A stretch of 64,000 nucleotides of DNA from NCBI RefSeq assembly GCF_046119375.1, contig NW_027362764.1, positions 316,324,001-316,388,000 of the forward strand, in the 5' to 3' direction. Made by a program: the position numbers and the translations under genes. The number at the start of each line of letters is the position of its first letter. The stretch's first letter is position 1. Positions 23,867-34,881 of this stretch are shown here, piece after piece. The notes below the pieces were generated by a model that was given only the letters and a program-made list of their open reading frames with translations, ran no database searches and was not told the origin of the DNA. Source of the stretch: Phyllobates terribilis. Taxonomy: Eukaryota.

Positions 23867-25042
23867 TGTAACGGGTCTGGGAGGCGGAACCTCTGAGCTA
23901 CTATACAAGGGGGCAGCCCTTGTAAGGGAGCGGGTGGCAGTCTCTGGATGAACGGACAGGGAGATATGGCAAGTGATCAGGGCAGTCTCTGGGTAAAGGG
24001 TAGGTACGACCTGTGATGGCAGAGCCTCTGGGTAGGCTAGCAGGCAGATGGTAGATGTGTGCTCCCAGGTGAGCAAGCGAGAGTCTCTGGAATAACAGGT
24101 GGTCTCGGCACGTGACGGCGGAACCTCCGGGCTGGCAAGCAGGCAGGTAACGGAGAAGCGCTCCCAGGTGAGCGGGCAAGAGTCTCTGAAGTAGCTGATG
24201 GTCACAGCACGTGACAACGGAGCCTCCGGGCTGGCAAGCAGGCAGGTAACGGAGAAGCGCTCCCAGGTGAGCGGACAAGAGTCTGAAGTAGCTGATGGTC
24301 ACAGCACGTGACAACGGAGCCTCCGGGCTGGCAAGCAGGCAGGTAACGGAGAAGCGCTCCCAGGTGAGCGGACAAGAGTCTGAAGTAGCTGATGGTCACA
24401 GCACGTGACAACGGAGCCTCCGGGCTGGCAAGCAGGCAGGTAACGGAGAAGCGCTCCCAGGTGAGCGGGCAAGCTGGTCCATAGACAGACTGACCGGAGT
24501 TGTAAGGTAGACCGTCGGACCTCAGGAAGGTAGGCAGGTAGCTGATGTGCGCTCCCAGGTGAGCGGGCAGGCTGGTCCTTTAGACAGACTGACAGGAGTA
24601 GTAAGGCAGACCGTCGGACCTCAGACTGGCAGACAGGTAACAAGTATTCAGGCAGGAATCAGGCAGGTAACTGGCAGGAAACTGGCAGGTAACAGGCAAC
24701 GGGACCTGAGTGCTGAAGCACAGGTGAGACACAGGTGCAAACAACATTGCTCGGGCACCTCCATTTTGGAGGAGGTGCCTTATATATGATGAAGTCCTCC
24801 GGCCATTGGCCGGGGACTCCTTAGGACGGCGCGCGCGGCCCCTTTAAGAGGAGGGGAGCGCGCGCGCGCGCGCCCTAAGCACAGGGGCCGGGAAGGAGCG
24901 CGCGCTGAGAGCAGAGCGGGAGGAAGACGCCGGGAAGGAGCGCGCGCTGACAGCAGAGCGGGGAGAGGACGCCGGGCACGGAGCAGAGCGGTGAGGGGAG
25001 CAGCGTCCCTGCCTAGCAGAGGGCAGGGACGCCAGCGCTACA
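23867..25042 (-). repeat. 5' LTR of element B (1176 bp)
   Basis: GC-rich U3, TATATAA at 24786-24780, long repeat-rich downstream region. Confidence 0.95.
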
Positions 25043-25500
25043 CTGTCCTTGTCTCCCACGCCGTCAGGGTCGGTCTGCTTAATGGCTCTCAGGGCCTCTT
25101 GTAGGTTCAGGGCATAGTCCCTTATACTCTCGTATGCTCGCTGCTTGCACCCGTAGAATCTAAGCTTGATCTCGGCTGAGGTGCGGGTATCAAAGGTGTC
25201 CCTCAGCCGGGTTAGTATCCCTGCGACAGTCCTCCCCCCAGGTGGCCAGGACTTTACCTCCCTTCGGGCTGCCCCAGTTAATTGGGCCACCAGGATGCTC
25301 ACTTTTTGCTCTTCTGTGAGGGGGTACACCTGGAAGAGGCTATCCAGCTTTTCTCTAAAGTCATGCAGGGTATGTGACTCCCCTGAGTACTGGGGTAGCC
25401 AGGCCGCTCCCGGGATATAGGGCATGGTGAAAGGCATGACTGCAGCAGCGGTGGCGCTGGCGGGGGTTGAGGCAGTGAAGCTCTCCTCCGTATCCGACAT
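25043..25500 (-). pseudogene. gag: Element A gag, N-terminal part (PNMA-like capsid)
   Basis: ATG at 25500, MSDTEES...GVGDKD. Joins in frame with 17940-18467 when B and one TSD copy are removed. Confidence 0.9.
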
Positions 25501-25885
25501 CCTCCTCCCCCCTAGTGGACCGTGGCCTACCTTGCGATGATCCTCTTCCGTAGGCCGCGGCTCCGCAGTAGATCGTCAGGGTTGAGGACCTTCCGTCGCG
25601 CTCCTGTGACGTCGGCATCTGCTGGGCTCCTTCCAGGACCTTACGCGACGTCCGGACGTGAAGCGGGGCTTCAGTTCTCGCTCGCTTTCGGAGTCCACGC
25701 CCCTCTTCTTCCCGCGCGACGTCTTCAAGATGGCGTCCAACGGCGGGAAAACTCCAAGGAAGGCGGGAAGAAGGCTGAAAATGGCGCCGGATGGTGGGAA
25801 TCTTCACCGATGGCGGGAATCTTCACCACAGGTAAGTTTGAACAGTCTTTTTCAGGCACGCAGTACCCGGTGGTTGCGGGCACGA

Positions 25886-25904
25886 AATCCTGCCGACTAC
25901 GCCA
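25886..25904 (-). promoter_or_regulatory. Primer-binding site complementary to the tRNA-Ser(AGA-type) 3' end
   Basis: Plus strand AATCCTGCCGACTACGCCA matches the 3' end of vertebrate tRNA-Ser including CCA; it lies 5 nt from the LTR. Confidence 0.9.
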
Positions 25905-25909
25905 AAAGT

Positions 25910-26909
25910 TGACGCGCCCCTGGGCCTGTGTCGCGCTGCGTTGCGCACGCGGGAGCTTACCCGGAGCCGGATCTGTTGAGGGTTGTAGTCTCGTGGCGGT
26001 GACCCGGTCCGTGCCCAGGGAGTCAAACTGAGCGGCGATGTATCAGCGGTAGATGTTGGACGACTACGCCACCCGTTGAGTACAGCTAAGGAGCTGCTGC
26101 TGCAGGGCAGACCGCTGAGGCCGGTGGTAGGATTGTGCAGCGTGATAGTATAACCCCAACGGGAGGGGTATGGCCTCAGGGCAGCCGACGTGGATGATGG
26201 GGGTAGCAGGAACCACTCGGAGACGGTACGGTGTAGTTCAGGGTCTTTACTGATGACAAAGATAGACCCTCCCGGAGTACTGGCTAGCGATTGGGGCCTG
26301 GTCAGTCCTTGAGCAGATGGGATCTCCCCTGGCCAGGCGGAGTTGTAGGCCTCCCAAACTAACTGTACTCTTCTGGCTACCTTGCTAGAGGCGGGTATAA
26401 GTAGCCCACGTCCCTGAGTGTACCGTGTGGTGCTCACCCGTATGGCCGGTGACTCGGGGCCTTCTAGTAGCTTCCGCTCCACGACGGCGGTGCTGGTCCC
26501 ATGCGTGTGACCGTGCCTTCGGGTTTCTTGGCCAGAGGACCTGGAATCCCCTGCCTGACGGATTCTGCTGCTGGGTAGGAGTTAGTCCCCACAGCCTCGG
26601 ACTCCGGGTCCGGTAAGAAATCTTCTCAGTCAGGGCGAGCTCTGCAGCTGCCAGCCCCTGACTCCTTGTAACACTGCTCCCACAGAGCTCCTGATGTTCT
26701 GTTCCTATATTTGCTTCTTTTCTCTGTCTCTACTTCTTCTCTACTCACTAACCCTGCCTCAGCCCTAGGTTTATATAGGGGAAGTTCTTCCCCTCCCAGG
26801 ACTGGGCAGGAGGTGTGGCATGCATAGGATTCCTGACCAAGAGACCTCCCACCTGCTCTCAGACGTAATATCTCTATCACTGTGGCAACCAGACCCCTGG
26901 GGTGTCACA
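25910..26909 (-). repeat. 5' LTR of element A
   Basis: Near-identical to 12485-13485 and immediately followed on the minus strand by the PBS. Confidence 0.95.
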
Positions 26910-27681
26910 ATTGTATTATGGGTAGCTGTTGATGTGCACACAAACCATGAGCCTTCAATGCCTCTATCAGTCATTGACAGTGACATTGAAGAGGTTAACA
27001 ACAATCATTGGAGCCCAGTTCTGATCGCTGCTGTTTCAAGCTAATGCCAGCTGTGTAATAAACAGCATCTGGTGGGTATGGTGCAGGCCCATTGTTTGAG
27101 CTAACACCATACTCCTACTCCTTAAATGCACTATATATGTACGGTGGATGCTGGCAAAAGGTTAAGCCACATTTTTTATTGGAGCACTTGTATTTTGTGA
27201 AAGGTGTTTTTATTCTTTTATTAATCCCTTAAACACATTATTATTTACAATACTTATTAGTCCCCCAAATGGACATGATCATGCCATCCTATGGCAGCAT
27301 ATGTAATACTCTTCACTACTTAAGTAGTCCCGTGCATTACTTCATTCTGACAGTATAATGATGGCTGTAGATGGGCATATCAAAAATTGACTGAGTTTCA
27401 TCTAGAAAACTCAGACTATTATTTCCTAATTTACATCTGATTTTCATCCGTGTGCCATTTGTGTATCTGTTTTTTACGTCCATCCCTAAAAATCGAATGC
27501 CACTCATTTGTTCCATAGATATGAATGGGTGAGTCTCATCCCAGACTTAGAATAAAGTAGTGCATGCTGCCAGTTTTTTCATGGACAGCTGATCTTATGC
27601 ACTCATCTGCAGGAGCCCTAAGGCCGACAACTAGCCTATAAGGCACCACTTCTAGAGGGATCTGACAGATTACAATAAATA

Positions 27682-27844
27682 CAATTGAGTGAGGAGAGTG
27701 GTGGTTAGGAGTCCGTGCTGCCAAAGGTCAAAAGAACGATCATAGACAAAGATGAGGTATGAATGTGGATTATAAACCGCATTCATGCCTCATCTTTGCC
27801 TATGCCAGCACGGACTCCTAACCACCACTTTCCTCACTCAATTG
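27682..27844. repeat. Long near-perfect inverted repeat (two nested arms)
   Basis: 39-bp outer arms with 1 mismatch, 28-bp inner arms with 3 transitions, a 20-nt bulge and an 8-nt loop. Confidence 0.9.
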
Positions 27845-28427
27845 CCTTATATCCAATTGGTGGTCCTTCAGCAGTCTTCGCACGCTTTGTATAGGATTTG
27901 TGACTATCACAACCCTACCAGGTGAGCGCACTTTTAATTCTTTATACTCCTTTGTTACCGGATAAGATCCTATTTTGCTCTTTTTGTTTCTCCAGCGACT
28001 CTATTTTATTTAGGCTACAATGAATAACATGCCTGGAGGCTATAGTCAGGCTTTTTTACATAGTTACACAGTGAATGACCGACCTGGAAACATAACCTAA
28101 ACATGAATCATGGTAATATTGTTCTACAGGTCAGTATGGGAAATGATAAAGGAGTATATGAACAATAATAATGCATGATCTTTCTCCAGATGGAGGTAGT
28201 GCCACCTTGTCTTTTGAGGTTTTATTTATACATAAAACAGCTCTTGAATATACTTTTTGTATGGTCTATTTCTGTACTTGTACAAGTTAATAATGTCTCC
28301 ACATAGAAAACCCATTGGTACCCAGTGTCTGAGCTGTGGATGTGGTGATGATGGTCTGACAGAGTGAGTGGTCTTGCTTTATCAAATGCCCCATTATCTG
28401 CTGTTACTATTGAGAGCAGAATATGTA

Positions 28428-28850
28428 TGTTAGAACTCTCCTGTTAGGTTTTTTTTAGTTTGCTGGTCACATGACCATTTTTGCCTATTTAATCCGGCTC
28501 CGCCCTCCTGGTCTTGCTGGACTTCATTGTATTTACTACTCTTGAGCTAGCTTGGTGCTCTGTTGCCGTTCTCTGTTAGTTTTGCTAGGTCTTCTGACCT
28601 CTATGCTTTTTGTTGTGTGTATGTCTTTGACTGCTACTATTTCTGCTAGGAGGTGTCCAAACTTATCCCAGTCCCTAGTTCTTGTAGGGATCCCTCCCTC
28701 ACATCTATAGGTCTTCGTTCAGACTAGCCGAGGACTTTAGCGGGTCTGATCGCAGGATCAGGTTCCCCGTTACATCGTAGGGATCTAGTTTAGTTCTATT
28801 GTAGGGACAGTTCTCCTGTCTTTCCTTAGTCCCTGTAGCAGATCATAACA
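28428..28850 (+). repeat. 5' LTR of element C (423 bp)
   Basis: TGTTAG...CATAACA; about 10 differences from the 3' LTR by eye. Confidence 0.95.
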
Positions 28851-28913
28851 GTAAGTCCAGCCCTAAAAGAAAAAAAAATTTTTTTTCTAAGGAAAGACCT
28901 CCAGTTTTCCATC

Positions 28914-31900
28914 ATGGTCTCGGTTCAAGATTTGGCTCAACGCTTGCAGGGACTCTCTCTGGAGGTGGCCAAGCTCCAACAACACCTGAGTAGCTGTTCT
29001 GGAGCACATTTTGTGGAACCAAAGGTACGTCTGCCTAATTTATTTTTTGGCGAACAACAAGATTTTTTTTCTTTTAAAAATGCTTGTTTATTGTATTTTC
29101 GTTTGAGACCCGGATCCTCTGGTGATGAATCACAGCGCATAGGGTTCATAATGTCATTTTTGCGCAAAGATCCTCAGGAATGGGCCTTCTCTCTCCAACC
29201 TAGTGATCCGTGCTTTAGATCAGTGGATAGTTTTTTTTCTGCTTTGGGTTTGTTGTACGATGATCCTGATCGTGTCTCATCTGCTGAGTCTGAATTGAGA
29301 CGTTTGAGGCAGGGATCAGGTAATGTGGAAAAATATTGTTCTCACTTCCGTCGGTGGTCTGCCCAGGTGGGGTGGAACGATTCAGCTTTGAAAAGCTTGT
29401 TTCTTGCAGGGCTAGGTGAAAGGGTTAAGGATTTACTGATTGCTTATCCCACACCTGGAAACTTGCAGGAGGCAATGCAATTAGCTATACGGGTGGACAG
29501 GAGACTGCGTGCAAGGGTTAATGAGAGCAAATCCTCTGCTATGTCAGCTCCGAGTCTTGAGAGGGTCTGTGCTGACAATGGAGAGCCGATGGAGATTGGG
29601 GCGATGGCACCCCGCTCTCAGGAAAAAGATCGCAGGCTTTCTGAAGGCTTGTGCTTCTATTGCGGAAATTCTGGTCATTTTATTAAGAACTGTGTGCTTC
29701 GTTTGAAGAAAGAAAAAAAAATGGTCAGTTATGCCCGTATTGCCTGTTTAAATTCTAAGGGAGTATTCCTATCTGCCACTACTGCTGCTCAGGATGAATT
29801 AATTGAATTTCGGGTATTTGTGGATTGTGGTTCTACTCTGAATGTGATTGATGGGGGATTCTTGGAAAAACTTAGATTAGAACCTAAAACTTTGTCATCC
29901 CCTATTGCTGTGGTTTCTGTTGATGGCTCTCCCTTGAAGAGTGTTACTCATAAGGTCTGTGAATTTCCCCTCACTATTAATGGTATTCACCAAGAAAATT
30001 TGGATTTGGTGGTATTGGATAATTTGCCTTCTCCAGTAATATTTGGGTTACCCTGGTTAAAATTTCACAATCCTGTACTGGATTGGTCTACCAATGAAAT
30101 TAAGTCCTGGAGCCCTAAGTGTTATGACAAGTGTTGTAACGGACGTATTGCTGCTGTGGATAAAGGGGAATTGCCTGTACCTATTCAGGATTTTTGGAGA
30201 GTTTTTTCTGAGGAGGAGTCACATATTTTGCCTCCCCATAGAGACTATGATTGTACCATTGAATTTGTCCCTGGAGCGACTCTTCCTAAAAGTCGTTTAT
30301 TTAATCTTACTATTCCTGAGAGAAAGGCTTTGGAGGAATACATACAGACAAGCTTGGCCGCCGGTCACATTAGGCCTTCCAAGTCTCCTGTGGCTGTTGG
30401 ATTTTTTTTTGTAAAAAAAAAAGATGGCGGTTTACGTCCTTGTCTGGACTTTCATGAGATTAATAAAATTACTGTACGCAATCCTTACCCACTGCCATTG
30501 ATTCCTGATTTATTTAACCAGTTAGTGGGGGCCAAGTGGTTCTCTAAAATTGATCTCCGGGGGGCATACAATTTGTTGCGCATGAAGGAGGGTGATGAAT
30601 GGAAGACTGCTTTTAACACTCCTGTGGGTCATTTTGAGAATCTGGTTATGCCTTTTGGTCTTACCAATGCTCCAGCATTTTTTCAGAATCTTATTAATGA
30701 CATCCTTAGACCTTTAATCGGCAAAAATGTGGTTGTGTATTTGGATGACATTCTGATTTATTCGCAAGATCTGGAGTCTCATTGGCGGAACGTACGTGAG
30801 GTATTACAGTTATTAATGGACAATTCGCTTTTTGCTAAGCTGGAGAAATGTGAGTTCGCTGTACAGAGAATTAGTTTTTTGGGCTACATTATCTCCAGTG
30901 AAGGTTTTGAGATGGACCCGGTTAAAGTTCAAGCTGTGCAGGAATGGCCTAGGCCTATTGGTTTGAAATCGATACAGAGGTTTTTGGGTTTCGCCAATTA
31001 TTACAGAAAATTCATAAAAAAATTTTCTATTATTGTCAAACCGCTGACCAATCTCACCAGGAAAGGTGCTAATGCTGTTCAGTGGACTTCTGAGGCCATT
31101 GAAGCTTTTGTGTTTCTAAAGGAGAGGTTCACCTCTGCTCCCATCCTTATGCAGCCTGATGTGACTAAGCCGTTTTTGGTTGAGGTTGATGCTTCTTCGG
31201 TGGGGGTCGGTGCGGTGTTGTCTCAGGAAAACAAGGATGGAGTACATCACTGTGCCTTTTTTTAAAAAAAAATTTCTGAGACTGAACTTAATTACGATAT
31301 TGGTAATCGGGAATTGCTGGCGATTAAACTCGCATTTGAACACTGGCGTCACCTCTTGGAAGGTGCTGAATTTCCCATTCAGGTTTTCACTGATCATAAA
31401 AATCTGATCTATCTTGATGCTGCCAAGCGCTTGAATGCCCGTCAGGCTAGGTGGGCACTTTTTTTCTCGCGGTTTAATTTTTCCGTTACTTACATCCCGG
31501 GTACCAAGAATGTTAAAGCGGATGCTTTGTCTCGCAGCTTTTCTCCCATGGTCGGTGTTGAGGAGGAAGAGGAGAGCATTTTACAAGAAGGTGTTGTGAT
31601 TGCTGCTTTGGACTCCGTTTTGGAGGATGAGATTCTTAAAGCTCAGGAGAATGCCCCATCTAACACTCCCCATGGGAGGTTGTTTGCGCCTAGGACCTTT
31701 AGGAGAGATTTGTTTGTTGAGTGTCATGAGTCTCGGTTGGCAGGTCATCCAGGAATTTCTGAGACCAAGAGACTTGTGGGTCGCAGTTTTTGGTGGCCTG
31801 GATGGCAGAAGGAAGTCATTAAGTGGGTGCGCCAATGTACTGTGTGTGCTAGATCCAAGTCTTCGCATGCTCCTGCTGCGGGGTTGCTTTGCCCTCTGGA

Positions 31901-32984
31901 GGTTCCTAGTGCACCTTGGACACATCTGGCTATGAACTTTATTACTGACCTTCCCCCCTCTGAAGGTTTCACGGTCATCTGCGTGGTCGTGGACCGTTTT
32001 AGCAAGAAGTGTCACTTGGTTCCCTTCATCAAACTGCCTTGCGCTAAGACACTCGCTAAGGCCTTTGTCAAGGAAATTGTCAGACTACATGGTGTTCCTA
32101 CTGACATTGTTTCTGATAGGGGACCTCAGTTCGTGGCTTGTTTTTGGCGTGCCTTTTGTGACAGGTTGGGAGTTCATTTGTCGTTTTCATCTGGATATCA
32201 TCCTGAGTCTAATGGCCAGACAGAAAGGAAGAACCAGGATGTTGAGCAGTTCTTGCGTTGTTTTGTGGCAGACAATCAAGAGGGGTGGTCTGAGTTTCTG
32301 CCACTTGCTGAATTTGCTCTTAACAACCATACATCCTCTTCTGCTGGGTGTTCGCCTTTTTTTTGTTGTTCTGGGAGACATCCGTCTTTTGGGTCATTCT
32401 CCAAATTGGTTTCGGCTGTGCTTGAGGAGGAGAGTTTTTCCGGTGATTTGGAGAGAGTTTGGACGGATGTGCATGGTAATCTTCAGGAGGCTAACAAAAA
32501 ATCTAAGAGGTACTTTGATAGGAAACGGCAAGAGGTTTTGTTTGCTGTTGGTGACATGGTTTGGTTGTCCTCTAAGAATCTGCGATTGAGGATTCCTTCT
32601 AAAAAATTGGGTCCCAAGTTCGTAGGGCCCTTTAAGGTGCTTCAGATAGTTAACCAATCTGCTGTTAGGTTGGAGGTTCCTACGTCCTGGAAGATTAACC
32701 CGGTGTTTCATGTTTCTGTGTTGAAAAAAGCTGATGTGTCTGATGGTGACGCCTCTGCCACTGTTCCTCCGGTGGTGGAGGACGGGGAATATGAAATTTC
32801 CCGCATCCTAAATTCTAGACGGTATAGAGGGAGTTTGCAGTATCTCGTCGCTTGGAAGGGTTTTGGACCTGAGGATAACTCATGGGTGAGGGCGGATGAT
32901 GTTTCTGCTTCCAGACTTGTCAGAGCGTTTCACAGGAGGTTTCCTGGTAAGCCTGGGCCTAGGGGATCCGGAGGATCCTCTTAG
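28914..32984 (+). pseudogene. Element C single-frame Gag-Pol with one in-frame TAA (31263-31265) and a D-to-N change in the integrase
   Basis: ORFs 28914-31265 and 31314-32984 share a frame. CCHC, VDCG, YLDD, HHCC and chromodomain are present; AMNF replaces AMDF. Confidence 0.92.
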
Positions 32985-32996
32985 AAGAGGGGGTAC

Positions 32997-33419
32997 TGTT
33001 AGAACTCTCCTGTTAGTTTTTTTTTAATTTGCTGGTCACATGACCATTTTTGCCTATTTAATCCGGCTCCGCCCTCCTGTTCTTGCTGGACTTCATTGTA
33101 TTTACTACTCTTGAGCTAGCTTGGTGCTCTGTTGCCGTTCTCTGTTAGTTTTGCTAGGTCTTCTGACCTCTATGCTTTTTGTTGTGTGTATGTCTTTGAC
33201 TGCTACTATTTCTGCTAGGAGGTGTCCAAACTTCTTTCTGTCCCTAGTTCTTGTAGGGATCCCTCCCTCACATCTATAGGTCTTCATTCAGACTAGCCGA
33301 GGACTTTAGCGGGTCTGATCACAGGATCAGGTTCCCCGTTACATCGTAGGGATCTAGTTTAGTTCTATTCTAGGGACAGTTCTCCTGTCTTTCCTTAGTC
33401 CCTGTAGCAGATCATAACA
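32997..33419 (+). repeat. 3' LTR of element C
   Basis: Follows the PPT AGAAGAGGGGG-TAC. Confidence 0.95.
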
Positions 33420-33555
33420 ATGTAAAGTTCAATTGAGTGGATCAATGAGAATTAAAGCTACAGCACAATCCCAACTGTGTATAACAGTGGAGCTCCTGCA
33501 GCTGTTCACACTGATACAAAAGCTGAACCATGCGATCAACATGAAGCATGAAGTA

Positions 33556-34881
33556 CAGTGGGGAAAATAGGCATTTGATACACTGCCAATTTTGCAAGTT
33601 TTCCCTCTTATAAGGAATAGAAAGGTCTAGAATTTTTTATCATAGGTACACTTCCACTGTGAGAGACAGAGTCTAAAAATAAAATACAGAAAATCACATT
33701 GTATGATTTTTAATTAATTCAATTGCATTTTTTGCATGAAATAAGTATTTGATCTCCTACCCACCAGCAAGAATTTTGGCTCTCACAGAACTGTTAGTTT
33801 TTTTTAAGAAGCCTTCCTACTCTTCACTCATTAGTCATTACCTGTATTAAATGCACTTGTTTGAACTTGTTACCTGTATAAAAGACAATGGTCCAGACAT
33901 TAAATCAATCACACTCCAGACTCCCGACCATGGCCAAGACCAAAGTGTTATCTAAGGACACCAGGGACAAAATTGTAGACCCGCACAAGGCTGGGATGGG
34001 CTGCAGGTCCATAGGCAAGCAACTTGGTGAGAAGGCAACAACTGTTCGCACTATTATTAGAAAATGGAAGAAACACAAGATGACTGTCAATCTTCCTCAG
34101 CCTGGGGCACCATGCAACATCTTGCATCATGAGGTAAGGATGATTCTGAGAAAGGTTAGGAATCAGCCCAGAACAATATGGTAGGACCTTGTCAATGACC
34201 TGAAGAGAGCTGGGACCTGAGTTTCAAACATTACCACTAGTAACACAGTAAGCCATCATGGATCAAAATCCTGCAGGGCATGCAAGGTCCCCCTGTTCAC
34301 ACTAGCACATGTCTAGGCCCATTTGAACTTCGCCAATGACCATCTGGATGATCCAGAGGAGGCATGGGAGAAGGTCATGTGGTCAAATGAGACCAAAATA
34401 GATCTTTTTGGTATCAACTCCACTCACCATGTTTGGTGGAAGAAGAATAATGAGTACAACCCCAAGAAAACCATTCCAACTGTGAAGCATGGTGGAGGAA
34501 ACATCATACTTTGGGAGTATTTTTCTGCAAAGGGGACAGGACAACTGCACCATATTGAAAGGAGGAAGGATGGGGTCATGTATTGCGCAATTTTGGCCAA
34601 CAACCTCCTTCCCTTAAGAGCATTGAAGATGGGTCATGGCTGGGTCTTACAGCATGACAATTACTTGAAACACACAGCCAGGGCAACTAAGGAGTGGCTC
34701 CGTAAGAAGCATTTCAAGGTCCTGGAGTGACCTAGCCAGTTTCCAGACTTAAACCCAATAAAAAAATCTTTGGAGGGAGTTGAAACTCTATGTTGCCCAG
34801 CGACAGCCCCGAAACCAGAAAGATCTGGTGAGGATCTGTCTGGAGGAGGGGACCAAAATCCTTGCTGCAGTGTGTGCAAAC
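33556..34881 (+). mobile_element. Tc1-like DNA transposon (DD34E), 3'-truncated, degraded
   Basis: TA|CAGTGGGGAAAATA left end, ATG at 33930, WSNETKI, VKHGGG and QHDN...PDLNPI motifs with 34-residue spacing. Confidence 0.9.

Larger units (their letters stand above)
18468..25042 (-). mobile_element. Ty3/Gypsy chromovirus (sushi/Tf1 group) B, apparently intact, nested in A gag
   Basis: 5-bp TSD CTGTC (18463-18467 and 25043-25047), LTRs TGTAGCG...CGTTACA on the sense strand, PPT at 19656-19666, open gag and pol. Confidence 0.97.
12485..26909 (-). mobile_element. Ty3/Gypsy LTR retrotransposon A (PNMA-like Gag, no chromodomain), disrupted by nested element B
   Basis: Paired ~1-kb LTRs, 4-bp TSD ATTG (12481-12484 and 26910-26913), tRNA-Ser PBS, PPT, gag and PR-RT-RH-IN. 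Confidence 0.97.
28428..33419 (+). mobile_element. Ty3/Gypsy chromovirus C, full length
   Basis: 5-bp TSD ATGTA (28423-28427 and 33420-33424); LTRs 28428-28850 and 32997-33419; PPT at 32983-32993. Confidence 0.97.

Noticed and set aside
25886-25904. tRNA-Ser sequence as a tRNA gene
   Set aside because: Only the 3' 18-19 nt including CCA are present, next to an LTR, so this is a primer-binding site.
26913-27165. Possible right end of an old piggyBac-like MITE hosting element A (ends ...AAAAGG|TTAA)
   Set aside because: I could not find the left TIR or TTAA, and it is too degraded to call.
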